From assembly GCF_004010195.1 (NCBI RefSeq), contig NW_025214920.1, positions 10,990 to 45,590 of the forward strand: a stretch of DNA of 34,601 nt. Reading direction: 5' to 3'. Origin of the DNA: Chiloscyllium plagiosum. Its lineage: Eukaryota. The notes under the pieces were generated by a model. That model searched no databases, was not told the origin of the DNA, and worked only from the letters and a program-made list of their open reading frames with translations. Every line of letters begins with the position of its first letter. Position 1 is the first letter of the stretch. A program made the translations under genes and the position numbers. Shown piece after piece: positions 11,961-23,734 of the stretch.

Positions 11961-12519
11961 TGAGAAACTGCTCAAGGAAGTCTCAGTCTCTCTTCCTGCA
12001 CTCTGTACCCACATCATATCAAAAAAGGACTGTTCCCTGGGTGAATGTGTGAAGAGATTCACTCAGTTATCCCATTTACTGACACAACTGTACTGTCACA
12101 CTGGAGGGAGATCCTTCAGATATTTTAATTGGAAAATGCTGTTTTCAGCCTTTGCGCCTCAAAATCATTTTGCTTTGATACCCAATGGTACATTGGTAAC
12201 GATAGAACGTGTTTGAGTCTTCCCTATCTGAAAAACAGTCACTTGATTCCACCTCCTATGGAGACTCCAATCTGTTCACATGTGATATGAAGGATGTGGT
12301 TGTCTCGGCTGTTCATCACATGCAGGATAGATTGCGGCACAAATCCCATGCACTTGGTTGCTGTATTCTTTGACCTAAGACATTGATGCCTATGGCTCAC
12401 ATTGTAATAGGATCCATCAACAAGAGGACTTTTCAACAGGATCAGAGTCGTGTCTTCTGTGCAGAGTATCATTGCGCAAGCGCAATATCAGACTTCCACT
12501 GGGACATGCACACTTCATT

Positions 12520-13262
12520 TCTTCCTCGATCAGATACCAGGCGGAGCAAAACGAATCGGTGCAGGAAAAACTTAGCAGGTCCGGCAGAATCTGAGAAGAT
12601 AATCAAAATTATATTTCGGATCCTGTGACCCTTCCGCAGACCTGATGGTACTGAGGAAAACATTGGTCTCTTCATAGAAGATCGAATGGAGTGGGGTTGT
12701 TAAGTGGTAAGGAACAACCCATAGGTAGGGAATAGACTTCAAAGAGAAAGACGAACAGTTGAACGAAGGAAATGATAATGATCTGGCTTGGAAGCTATAT
12801 AGTTGTTAATGGAGACAGTTAGTGCCTAACCATATATAGTGCGTAATGGCTGGCTATGTGATAACAACGACTGGTGTGTGGAGTAGGCGAATAGGTCGTG
12901 GTGGAGATCACACTGCAAACTTATTGTTATTGATATGGAGTCCGAATTAATCCAGAATACCCAAATGGAAATTAGGTGCTGATCTTCCAGCTTGCACTGA
13001 GCTTCGCTGGAAGACTGCTGCAAACCTGAGTCACAGATGTTGGCCAGGAAAGAGTGTGGTGTGTTGAATGGGCAGGCAACTGGAAAGCGCAGGGACTTTT
13101 TTTGAAGTCAGAAATTGGATGTTCTGAAAAGTGGTCACGCAGTCCACACTTTTTTTCCCAAAATAGTGGCAACCATAATGTGAGATGTGAATGTAATAGA
13201 TGCTTTACATTGAAGGTGTGTTTGGACCCTTGTTTACTGAGGAGGGAGGACATAATTGGAAA
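12520..13262 (-). mobile_element. Penelope-like element 3' part with terminal repeat
   Basis: TFNVKH..EKKCGLRDHFSEH and SSEAQCKLEDQHLI in ORFs 12972..13277 and 12826..13023. The terminus has the hammerhead-like ctgcggaagggtcacaggatccgaaa (12614-12639, minus). Confidence 0.8.
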
Positions 13263-13339
13263 GGTCAGGAGAAGCAAGAAGCAAAAAGGAAAGAAAACTC
13301 AGGAGATGATATTAGAGATGTTGGAAATCATGAGCGTAA

Positions 13340-16176
13340 GAAAGCTACCATTACGACACTTTACCTGAATGGTCATCGCATTTGGAACAAGTTTGGAGAG
13401 TTAATGGCACAAATCATTACGAATGAATATGATTTAGTAGCCGTTACGGAAAAATGGTGAAAGGATGGTCGTGACTTGGAGTTAAATATTCAGAGGTACG
13501 ACACTATTTGGAAGGACAGACAGGAGACTACGTAATGTTGCTCTAATATTCACGGACAATATTAGAGCGGATCTGATGGATGATGTAGATTCGATGGAGA
13601 ATCCATTTCGGTGGAAATTAGAAATTCTAAGAAGAAGAAGTCACTGATAGGCATAGTCTATATATCACTGAATACTAAAGTCACATCGGAGCAGGCAAAA
13701 ATCAAAGAAAAAAGTTATGTCTGTAATAAAAGGTACAGCGATTATCATTGTGGATTTTAATCTACATGTCGATTGGTCGAATCACAGTAGCTTTGAGGAG
13801 CGTGTTTAGTGCATCCATAATAGTTTACCTGAACACTATATAATAGAACTGACAAGGGAGACATCTATTCTAGATCTAAACCTCTGGGATGAGACAGGAA
13901 TAATTAATGACCTCATAGTTAGGGATCCTTTTGGAAGTAGTGATCACAGTATTTTTGAAGTAAGAATACAAATAGAGACTGTGAAGATAAAACCCAACAG
14001 TTGGATATTGTCCTTTTGCAAGCGAGACTACTATAGAGTGATGTAGTACTTGCCTCAAGTAGACTGGAAACAAAGATTATATTGTGGGCCAGTTGGCAAG
14101 CAGTTGATGACTTACAAAGAAATATTTCGAAGTGATCAACAAAATTATATTCCAGAGAATATGAAGAGCTTTAAGAACAGTGGTAATCTGTTCTGGGAGT
14201 CGAAGAAAACAAGGAAGACTATTTCATTGAAAGGTAAGGCATATAAACTGGCCAAAAACAGAATGAAACCAGAAGATTAGGAAAACGTTAAAGGTGAAAA
14301 GAAACCCGTAAAAAGAGTTATAAAGAAAAGAAGAAAGAACATGAGAATAAACCTAGCTAGAATATAAAGACAGATAGCAAACGCTTCTATTTAAAAAAAA
14401 TCATTACATGAGAACGAGCGGTTTAAGTAAACATTGCTTATTCAGAAGTTGAGAACGGGCTTTTAGTTATGAGATATGATTAAATAGCCAAGGCATTGAA
14501 GAGTTGTTTCGTATGGGTCTTCACAGTGGAGTCACCATTAACATGCCAGTAATTGAGAAAGTCGTTGACGACCTGGAAAAAATAACATTATTACAGAAAA
14601 GCTGGTGTTGTCATGTTAAAGCTAATGGACCTAAGGATAGATAAGGATCCTGGCCCTGATGGAACTCATCACAGTCTTCTAAAAGAGGTCGTAGGACAAA
14701 CACAAAGTGCACTGGTGGCAATTTTCTAACATACGGTGATCTCTGGGACAGTCACATTAAGGTTCAAAACAGCAAATGTGAAGCCACTGTTTAAGAATGG
14801 AGGAACTCAAAAGATGGGCAATTATAAAATGGTTCGCTTAACCTCTGCAGAGAGAAAGATGTAAGGGTCTACTATCAAGAAGGAAATAACTGGGAATCTC
14901 GATTGAAATTGGAAAGACACAGCATGGGTTCATGAAGGGCAGGTCATGCTTGACAAATCTTTTAGAATTGTATGAACAAATTACGAGCATGGTGGACAAT
15001 GGGTCCCAGTGAATGTGGTGTACATAGATTTCCAAAATTCCTTCGACATGTTGCTGACACAAGAGGCTGCTGCACAACGATGCAAGGTGTTAGGGGTAGT
15101 GTATTCGCATGAACAGAGAATTGGTTGATGAACAGGAAGCAAAGGGGGGATAAATGTTATAAGTGCGAATCTGGTTGGCAGTCGGTGACTAGTGGTGCTC
15201 CTCAGAGATTGGTTTTGGAACCAGAATTAGTTACAATGAATATTGATGATTTGGAGTTGGGAACCAAATACAGCGTGTCAAACTTCGCAAATGATACGAA
15301 GACGAGTGAAAGAGCAAAGTGTGCAGAGGACTGTGAAACGTTACAGAGAAACATAGTTACATTGAATGAGTTGGCAAAGGTCTGGCAGATGAAATGCAAT
15401 GCTAATAAATGTGAAGTCATACATTTTGGTAAGAGGAATAGTGAATAAGATTATGGCATGAATGGCAAAAACTTCCAGTATGCTGCTATGCAGAGTGACC
15501 TGGGTTCTGTATGAACGATTCATGGAAGGTTGGTCTGCAGGTGCAACAAGGAATTAGCAATCAAACAGAATTTGGCCATTCATTGCTGAAGGGATTTTAT
15601 TTTAAAAGCAGAGAGGTTATGTTACAACGGTACAACGTGATCTTCAGGCTACCAATGCAGTACTGTGCGCAGTTTTAGTCTCCTTAGTTGAAAAATGATG
15701 TACTGGAACTGGAAGAGATGTAGAGGAGGTTTACTTGGTTGATTCCGGAGTTGAGCGGGTTGGCTTATGAGGGGAGACTGAGTAGGTTGGAATTGTATTC
15801 ATTGGAATTCAGATGAATGAGGGGGCTCTTTCATCAGCATGTATAATTTTGAAGAGAACAGCTGAGTTAGAAATGTTGAGTATGCTTCCACCGGCGCGTG
15901 AAGCGAGGACGTGAAGCATAGGCCCAAGATTAGAGGGAGCAGAGTAAGGACTAAATTCAGAAGGACGTTTTCACCCAGAGGGCTGTGAATCTATGGAATT
16001 TCTTGTCCACCGAGGTAGTTAACGCTATTTCAGTAAATGTATTAGGGGATATGTTAAGAGGGCGGGCAAGTGAATCTAAGTTGCAGAAAGTTCAGGCATG
16101 ATCTTATTGAACACCTGAGCAGGCTGTAAGGACCAGACGGCCGATTCCTTCACCTAGTTGTATTGCTCTTTGTATG
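13340..16176 (+). mobile_element. CR1 LINE with near-complete but dead ORF2 (APE endonuclease + RT) and 3' tail
   Basis: LYLNGHRIWNKFGELMAQIITNEYDLVAVTEKW (APE start), VDFN (~13750), KDPGPDG (14643-14663), SGAPQ (15191-15205), NFANDTK (15281-15301), WQMKCNANKCEVIHFG and a 3' end near 16090-16176. Many stops and frameshifts. Confidence 0.95.
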
Positions 16177-16194
16177 TGTGTGTCACATCTGCGG

Positions 16195-16325
16195 CGATTG
16201 CAAGGGAAGATTCCATGAGCACGTGGCGGCGGTGTTTGGAATGAAGGTAGAGTGCAGCAGGATATGCCGAAGGGAATAATCCCTGCGGAAGGTGGACAAG
16301 GGAGGGGAGGGTAATATGCACGTAG
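16195..16325 (-). mobile_element. Penelope-like internal fragment
   Basis: Minus strand ILPSPPLSTFRRDYSLRHILLHS matches the PLE motif FPSPPLSAFRRDxSLRDxLV. Confidence 0.75.
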
Positions 16326-16349
16326 TGATTACATTTCGCTGGAGTTGGT

Positions 16350-16515
16350 CGAATTAAAACAAAATATTTCAATGATCGTCTGAAGCACCTCAGCACATAA
16401 GGCTGCAGACCAAGTTCTAGAAAATGGAGTAACAGTGGACTGGTGCTTGATGACTGACATTGGTAAGATGGGCCAGAAGGCATCTTTCGGTGCTGTAAAA
16501 ATCCCAGTCTCGATA
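16350..16515 (+). mobile_element. CR1-type LINE 3' tail fragment
   Basis: gatgggccagaaggcatctttcggtgctgtaaaa resembles the conserved CR1/HER1 terminal motif GGGCCGAAGGGCCTGTTTC.GTGCTGT. Confidence 0.6.
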
Positions 16516-16524
16516 AGAAACTAC

Positions 16525-17390
16525 ATGCACTAGCCATTTCAACACTGTGGCTACAAGAGCAGGTCTCAGTCTGGGATTTCTACAGTAAGTAACATGCTTC
16601 GTGGTTCTCTGAAGCCTTTCTATCACATGAACTGCCATTAAACACCACCTATGGTGAGGGCCAGCAGACTCCGTAACAGCTCGTCACTCTCCTAGCCAGA
16701 TCCGTACCTCCTCCTTTCTCCAACTGCTCTTCTCTTGTTTTGGATTCTTACACCAACTGCCGATCACTCTTTTACGACAAAGAAGAAAGAAACATGACGA
16801 GATACTTCCTGCTTGCCTGCATGTGTGTAATGTTGAAAAAGCATGGCAAATGAGAAGCACAGAATATCAGGCAGCATCCAAGTAACAAGAAACATTACAG
16901 TCATACCCTTCTTGAGGACTCCTGAGTGCAGGTCCAAAAATATTGAAAAGCTCAACATCATCCAGAATAGAGAAGCTGAATTGATCAGCACCACACGACT
17001 GACACAACGTCGACAAACATCCACTCGTCCACCACCAAACATGCAGTCTGTACTAGCCACAAGATGCACTGTAGGAATTTAGCAAGGCTCCTTAAATAGT
17101 ACCTTTCCAAACCACAGCTGCTTCCACCAAAAGGAACAGGGCAGCAGATAGAGAGGAAATCCCTACAAAGTCACTTCCCACACAGACCTGGAAATATTTC
17201 TCCAGTCCTCCAGTGTCACTTGGTCAAAAAAATCTGGATTTCCCTCTTTTATAATTTGGATCTAACGTCAGCACATGGTCAACGGTGGTTCCAGAAGGAA
17301 GCTCATCATGACCTTGACAAGTCAAAATTAGGAATGGGCAATACATGTCAACCCTGTCAAGATTACCCACACCCAATGAAGAATCAATAT
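16525..17390 (+). mobile_element. L2/CR1-group LINE 3' fragment, interrupted at ~16630-16900
   Basis: SHFNTVATRAGLSLGFL near 16532 and KNIEKLNIIQNREAELIST near 16940. A 3' end of the gggcaata.atg...atgaagaat type lies near 17335-17390. Confidence 0.65.
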
Positions 17391-17631
17391 TACATGCTTC
17401 GATGATATTAAAAGTTCTCTCTTTGCTATTTCTATTTTAATTTCGGAAGTATTAAAGATGAGTATTTGCCGTTTGAAAACTGAAGCGAAATATCATATAA
17501 GAATCTGATCAATTTGCTCTGTTTAATGCAGCCTGATTCTCATCAGCCTTTGAAAGTGAAAGGATGAAGCAACATCCACACCGGAGTGATGCCATTCAAG
17601 TGTTTTGTAGGCGGTGCTTCATCTGATCTGT

Positions 17632-17689
17632 GTTGCTGGAGAAGCGCAGCAGGTCAGGCAGCATCTAGGGAATGCAGACCTCATTTTCT
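17632..17689. mobile_element. 58-bp Penelope-terminus-derived mini-insertion with 15-bp TSD
   Basis: cttcatctgatctgt occurs at 17617-17631 and 17690-17704. The insert shares gctgga.aag..cagcaggtcaggca.catct with the element at 9641-9851. Confidence 0.8.
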
Positions 17690-18457
17690 CTTCATCTGAT
17701 CTGTCGAGACATAAAAGGAGGAACGCTTGGGAGAAACTGTGCAAATGTACTGACAGTGGAAAGAATTCAGTTATTCGCCTGCGAGGAAAATTCATTAGTG
17801 CTACCAATCTAGGGAAACGCCATTCACCTGTTCTGAGTTTAGGAAAGTATTTGCTATTTGCTCAGCTGATACGAACAGTGGTTTCACACTGAGGAGAGAC
17901 CATTTAGTTGTGCAGAGTGTGGGACGTGCTTTCAAATTCTCAGCAATTGCTGTAGCATGAATATGTTCACACTGATGAGAAGTCATTCAAGTATTCTGAC
18001 AGTGGGATTGGTGTTAGGCAGCCATCAGATCTCACTTTATATCTGCGAACACACTGGACAGAGTCCGTGTATCTGTTGAAGGTGTAGGAAAAGATTCACT
18101 CAGTCATTCTGTCTGCTGAGAAACCAGAATGTTCACAAAGACGAGAGACCATTCTTTTTTATTAATAAATTACGTCATTCCAGCAACCTGCTGAAATATA
18201 AGCAAGGTCACACTGAAGAGAGGCCATTCGCCTGTCGCGAACGATGGGAAGGATTCTCACACTTATTAAACTTCCTGAGACACCAGCAAATTCACATGGA
18301 CGAGAGGCCATTTGCATGTTTTGAATTTGGCATCCACCTTACTGATGCACCAACATTTCACAGAGACAAGAAGCTGTTTAAATGTCCAGAGTGTGGGAAG
18401 TGCTTCACAACTTCCAATAAACTGAAGTCCCATCAACGTGTTCACACTGATAAGAAA

Positions 18458-18862
18458 TGCTATGAAGATGTGGGTCTACCTTTCAGAGCGGTAAAAGCAG
18501 CAGTGCTATCGGACAGCACACCAAGTTTTCTCAGAATAGTAACAATGCATGTAAGACTGGAATGAACCAGTACAGTAGTTCGTTGCCTGGAGACACAGGA
18601 AAATCCGAAGACAAGAACCTACAGCTGCTTGGTTTTGAGTTAAGATTTTTTTTTTGTTAATCTTAATTGGGATTTTATTGGACTAGTAATATAGAAGGGT
18701 AGGTAAAAGATAGATTAGCGAACGAACTTGCAAATAGTGTTTACTCAATAATTCTCTCTAATACTTTAAGAAATAAATATTTAAATTTTACTTTACATAG
18801 TTCTTGGCCAGTCGAATTTGTACAGAATAGTGCATGGGATAAATATTTTCTGTGTCATAAGA
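18458..18862. mobile_element. Solo LTR (405 bp, Gypsy-like) inserted in a zinc-finger linker
   Basis: Imperfect inverted ends tgctatga...tcataaga and a 4-bp TSD gaaa (18454-18457, 18863-18866). Removing it restores H-T-D-K-K-P-F-T-C. AATAAA lies near 18772. Confidence 0.75.
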
Positions 18863-19149
18863 GAAACCATTCACATGCTCTATCGGTGGGACTGGGTTCC
18901 CACTGTGCGTTAGCACAATTTAAATGCGGTATCTCCTGCAATAGTGACTTCACAAGGACTTCAGTTGCTGTGAAGCACATAAACACCATTTCAGTTGAAG
19001 AGATTATTAAACCAGAGAAATAAACCCCGACTGACATAATGAACGCAGCACCATTATGAATAGGTGAACAGCAGTCACATATGACCCACATATGGTGTGT
19101 GTGTCACCGAAGTCTTACCAGATTATAGGGTTTGCTTTTTACAAGAAAG

Positions 19150-19318
19150 AGAGAGAGAGAAGCGACTGGTGGCGATTTAATGACATAGGCACAGATGAGG
19201 GAAGAAGTTGAGAGGGAAAGCCCTTCATGATAGCCTAAAATCGGTGATAGCAACTAAAATCATGCTGCTGATATCAGACATCTCTGTCAACAAGCAAAAC
19301 ACCCAACTAAGCTAAACC
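19150..19318 (-). mobile_element. Degenerate tRNA-derived SINE
   Basis: The minus strand begins ggtttagcttagttgg (A-box-like). The body resembles a common shark SINE. Confidence 0.55.
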
Positions 19319-19344
19319 ATATCGTCCACATTGGAGGTGCCATA

Positions 19345-20200
19345 TGTGTCGATGAACCATTGAATCCCTTGCTATACAAAGTGCAGGTGAAAGACCTCTG
19401 CCCACAATGTCAGATGTATCATCAAATAATTTTTAATCCTAAAGCTCTTTAATCAGTCAGAGAATTTAAATTTTCTCTCATTGGGGTGAACAAACACACA
19501 TCTGCTGAGATTGGAGAACGGAGTGAAACCATTCCAAAAACAAGGAGCAAGGAAAAGGTTTCTCCCTCATGTGAATATGCTGCTTTTCACTCAATACAGA
19601 TGACCAAATGAATCTCTACCATCATTCTTTGCTGGCGTCTGGTCTCACTCTAGTTTACATAGCGTTCAATTCACCAGGTCACTGCCCACCACTTATTAGG
19701 CGTAAGTGGTGTTTTATGAAACACTCTCCTTTTGCCTGATAGGTTTATGTATTTGAAACTTTGCTGATTTCATTATACCTTCTCACACGAAAGGAAGATG
19801 AATGGTTTCTCTCCAGTGTCACCTCGACAGCGTGACATGAGGCTGGACTGCGAAGTTTATCCCTTCCAGAGCCGAGCAGACTAAGCGTCTCTACCCTGTG
19901 ATGAAGACGTTTGTGTGAAGTGAGGCAAGATCCGATGTGAATGCTTTCCTAAACATGGAATAGCCAATTGGCTTCTCCCCCATTTGAAGAGTTCGATGTT
20001 GAAATAAGACCTTTGATTTTTTAGATGTTTCAAGGTGAACAGTCTCTTCCCAGAATGTCAGTATCGAAGCTCTTCAAGCTGACCTGGGTATTTGTAATGC
20101 TTCCCAAAATCCAGACATTTCTATGGTGGCGATCGTGTGTGTGACTGTTCATTTCGTGTCCTCACGAATTTAGTGACTCTGCGAGATCTTTACATCATGT
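19345..20200 (-). pseudogene. Second C2H2 zinc-finger pseudogene, more decayed, convergent with the first
   Basis: Minus strand: SHTRSPP*KCLDFGK, HSGKRLFT, GEKP (~19970), DTGEKPFIFLSCEK (~19780-19820) and further EKP/RPF-like linkers. Confidence 0.8.
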
Positions 20201-20559
20201 TTGATTTGACTAACTCATCTTTCATTCTTTCAGTCTATTACTCTGCCAAATGATTTACAAATATCATCGCAATCCATTAGGGTAAAACCTCAGAACAAAC
20301 AGATCCAATTCCAGGCAGATATCTTTCCTCTATTGCACACACCTCCCAAAATGACACAATCATATTGAAATATGTAAAAACACCATCAAAAGCAAAAATG
20401 AATACTCCTGAATAAATCAGGCTGTTCTTCGCAACAGCTATCAGACATTGGGCGTCCTGTGGTGCCAAAGTATGGGAATTGCCCAGTCAACTGGTGAACA
20501 GCCCAAGCTCCCTGTCCAGCAGGATGTTACACAAGAGATTATACTGTATGCTGCTACTG

Positions 20560-20935
20560 TACATCAATGGTTAAGAAAGGGCATGGTGAACATGCTTGGC
20601 AATCAAAAGTGCTGTCTGGTCATAGATGTTGACAAGCTCCTTCTGTTGTTGAAGTCGCATTCAATCAGGTAAATGGAGAGGATTCCATATCACACCTGAA
20701 TAATGTCTGATAAGTGGCGGGCAGTGAGCTGGTGAGTTGACCGTTGCGAGATATTTAGCCTCTGCCGTGATTTTGTATCAACCGTATTTGAACAGTTAGT
20801 CCTGTTCAGTTTCGAATCAATAGTACACCCACAGAATGCTATTCGTAGAGGACTCAGCAATTATATTGCTGTGGAATGTCAACAATGGATACTCAGATAG
20901 TCTCTTGTTCGAGATTGGTATTGCTTGGCACATAC
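20560..20935 (-). mobile_element. L2/CR1-group LINE fragment, same family as 16525-17390
   Basis: Minus strand CQAIPISNKRLSEYPLLTF..IAESSTNSIL/GCTIDSKLNRTN resembles CQAMTISNKR..PLTF..ESPTINILGVTIDxKLNWT. Confidence 0.7.
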
Positions 20936-20939
20936 ATCT

Positions 20940-22075
20940 CCGATTCCTCCACTATTATAAAAAAAAGTTAAGTAGCCGGAGCAGCGTCTCTACTTACTTC
21001 CACATCATAGAAGTCAAAGTATCAGAAGCAGCGTGTATGATTCCTCCTCTATTATAGAAAGAGAAGTAGCAGGAAATGCGTCTCTGCTTCCTCCTGTATC
21101 ACAGAACGTAAACTGGACGCTGCTGCTTCTCTGCTTCCACCCATACTATGAAAAGGAAAGTATCAGAAGGATCGTCTCTATCTCTTACCATTTCGTTGAA
21201 AGTAAAGTAAAAGGATAAGCAACTCTACTTCCTGCTGTATTATAGAATGTAAAATGGAAGTTGCAGCGTCTCTGCTTCTGGATGTGCAATAGAAAGGAAA
21301 GTAGCAGGAGAATCGTCTACGCTTCCTACTGTATGACAGAAAGTAAAGAAAATGGAGTGGCTTCTCTGCTGTCTCGTATATCATAGAAAGCAATGTATCA
21401 GGAGCAGCGTCTCTGCTTCCCACTGGAAGAATGAAAGGAAAGAAGCAGCAACAACAGCGTCCCTGCTTCCTATAGTATGATGGAAAGTAAAGTTCCTGGA
21501 GCAGAGTCCCTGCTTCCTCCGGCATCATCGAACATAAGGTGGTAGGTGCAGGGTCTCTGCTGTCAGCCGCATGAGACAAAGGAAAGTACAAGGAACATCG
21601 TTCAGCTTCCAAATGTATTCGAGTATGCAAGGTAAAAGGATCAGCGTTTTTGCTTCCCTTCGATTACATAAAATAAAGTCACAAATGCAGCGTCTCTGCT
21701 TCCTCCTATATAATGGAAAATAAAGCACCAGGAGCAGTGTCCCTACATCCTAATGAATTATACAAAGTGAAATCCTGTATTATTGAAAGCAAAGTAGCAG
21801 GGACAGAGACCCTGCTTCTTCCTATATTAAAGAACGTAACGTACCTGGAGCAGCGTCTCTGATTCTTCCTTTTTGTTTAGCAAGTAATTTAGCAGTAGCA
21901 ACGTCTCTGTTTCCACCTGTATCTTATAATGTAACGTAGCAGGTACATCGTCTCTGCTCCATCTTGTATTACACAAACAAAAGTAGCAGGAGCAGCACCT
22001 CTGCTTCCCCCCCCCTCCCCCCCCCCCCCCACCCGTATCAGAGGAATTAAAGTAACACGATTACAGTCTCTGGCT
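20940..22075 (+). repeat. 47-bp satellite, block 1, with a poly-C tract at ~22007-22030
   Basis: Approximate consensus AGCAGCGTCTCTGCTTCCTCCTGTATCATAGAAAGTAAAGTAGCAGG. gcgtctctgcttc recurs at 21078, 21267 and 21407, spacings close to multiples of 47. Confidence 0.92.
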
Positions 22076-22199
22076 GGTGTTGCTCATTTCTTTTTTACTT
22101 CATTCAGTGGTGAACTGACCTGTATCTCCAATTTACAGATGCTTGCAACATATCTACTATTTGTGATAACGCAGTGCTTTCCATCAAATGGTGTCACTC

Positions 22200-22580
22200 T
22201 CCTTCAATTCTCACTCAATTACAATGAGGCACGGCTTCAGAACCGATCCTCTGGCAATGATGCGAACGATCAGAAATAAACCTCAGGAATAAGGCAATCG
22301 CTTACTACATACCGTCTGAGAGAGCTGCAATACCTCGTTACTAAACCTATAATTGAGTCAAACCATCTCAGTTATGACCTCACTACAATGCAGCAATATA
22401 CAATGACGCTATTGCACGAATGCACTCAGAACTGACAAAGATGGGATGCCTCAATATTACAGCCTGACAATGTGGCATTTCCTCAAATCGGACCGTATGG
22501 AGATGAGGCACTGTCTCAGTCCTGACCCTGTGACAAAGATACAGTTCCCACAATACTGACACTCTGACGGAATCAATGCC
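22200..22580 (-). repeat. 33-bp satellite, short block (complement orientation)
   Basis: ctcagt.ctgaccct.tgacaatg-type units. Confidence 0.7.
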
Positions 22581-22669
22581 TCATTGTCAGTGAAATGTCG
22601 TGAGGCAGCGAGATGAATCATGGACTTGTCAGAGAGTCGGGAAAGTAGAGGAATGAATGGAGTGACCAA

Positions 22670-23725
22670 GACCAGCTCTCCGTTCATTGATTCTCCCATT
22701 TCGACAGGGTCTGTTCCAATTCTCTAATTTATTGTCATTCCCATCATGTTTCTTGTGTAATGGTACTCTGCACCAATTCTCCCATGTATTAATATCACTT
22801 TCTGACTTCTTCCGTTTCCTGAGGCCCTAGCTCAAACCTACCATTTGAGGGTCATCTACGGTAATTCTCCAACTGATAGTGCAATTCACTAATTTTCTTC
22901 CACTGTGCATAGGTTCACACATTCAGAATTGTCATGAAATCGGACTCCCATTTCATGGTCCTGTGCCAGAATTTTCTAATTTTGGCGTGCTCTGTGCGAA
23001 ATATCCAAATTACCAACCCCGCAGAAACGCTACTTTATTCACGAATTGCAGTAACGCTCCGAGTGAGTATTGTGTGCGACAGTTCTCCCCTTTACTTTCG
23101 CACATCTTCCAAGAAATATCGCACTATTCATTTTTCTTAAGTTAATTCCTTCAAATTTCCGCTTTAGATTAGATTAGATTACTTACAGTGTGGAAAACAG
23201 GCCCTTCGGCCCAACAAGTCCAAACCGACCCGCCAAAGCGCACCGACTAGACCCATTCCCCTACATTTACCCCTGCACCTAACACTACAGGCAATTTAGC
23301 ATGGCCAATTCACCTAACCTGCACATTTTTGGACTGTGGGAGGAAACCCACGCAGACACGGGGAGAATGTGCAAACTCCACACAGTCGGTCGCCTGAGGC
23401 GGGAATTGAACCCGGGTCTCTGGCACTGTGAGACTCTCACATTTCCTGATACCCTCCATCAATTCTCCAATTCAGTTTTGCAATACATCAATTCCCTCAT
23501 TTACTGATGTCCTGAACAGGTGCTGCACTAAGTGTTGCCCGAAACCAGTTCTCCCATTTACTGACTCTCCATTGATGGGCGCCCTACTCTCACCTGCATA
23601 TTCAATGATGTCCAGACTCATTCATCTATTTATTGCGACACCTCAGCAGATCAGCTATTCAGAAGTGAGCTGCCTCAATTTCCCATTTCCATGATAAACT
23701 CCATGAATTTTCCCATTCAGTGATT
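22670..23725 (-). repeat. ~29-bp satellite (AATTCTCCCATTT core), split by a SINE
   Basis: Recurrent aattctcccattt variants, the complement of the aaatgggagaatt units at 26000-27175 and 32630-33230. Confidence 0.7.
23164..23432 (-). mobile_element. HE1-type SINE, young, 5'-truncated
   Basis: (ttaga)n tail, caggcccttcggcccaacaagtcc, the central domain ggggagaatgtgcaaactccacacag and a B-box (gggaattgaaccc). The A-box is missing. Confidence 0.9.
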
Positions 23726-23734
23726 AAATATCTC

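Larger units (their letters stand above)
17560..18900 (+). pseudogene. Tandem C2H2 zinc-finger pseudogene, interrupted by two insertions
   Basis: Repeated linkers and fingers: HTGVMPFKC, SSDLSRH, HTEERPFSCAECG, HTDEKSF, HKDERPF, HTEERPFAC, and an intact finger FKCPECGKCFTTSNKLKSHQRVHTD. Multiple stops and frameshifts. Confidence 0.92.

Noticed and set aside
18296..18565. Functional zinc-finger CDS
   Set aside because: Only one intact finger. Upstream fingers are disrupted and the C-terminus reads into a solo LTR.
22007..22030. Poly-C tract as a functional G-quadruplex
   Set aside because: Most simply a slippage expansion of the satellite cctcc segment. Homopolymer length is also unreliable.
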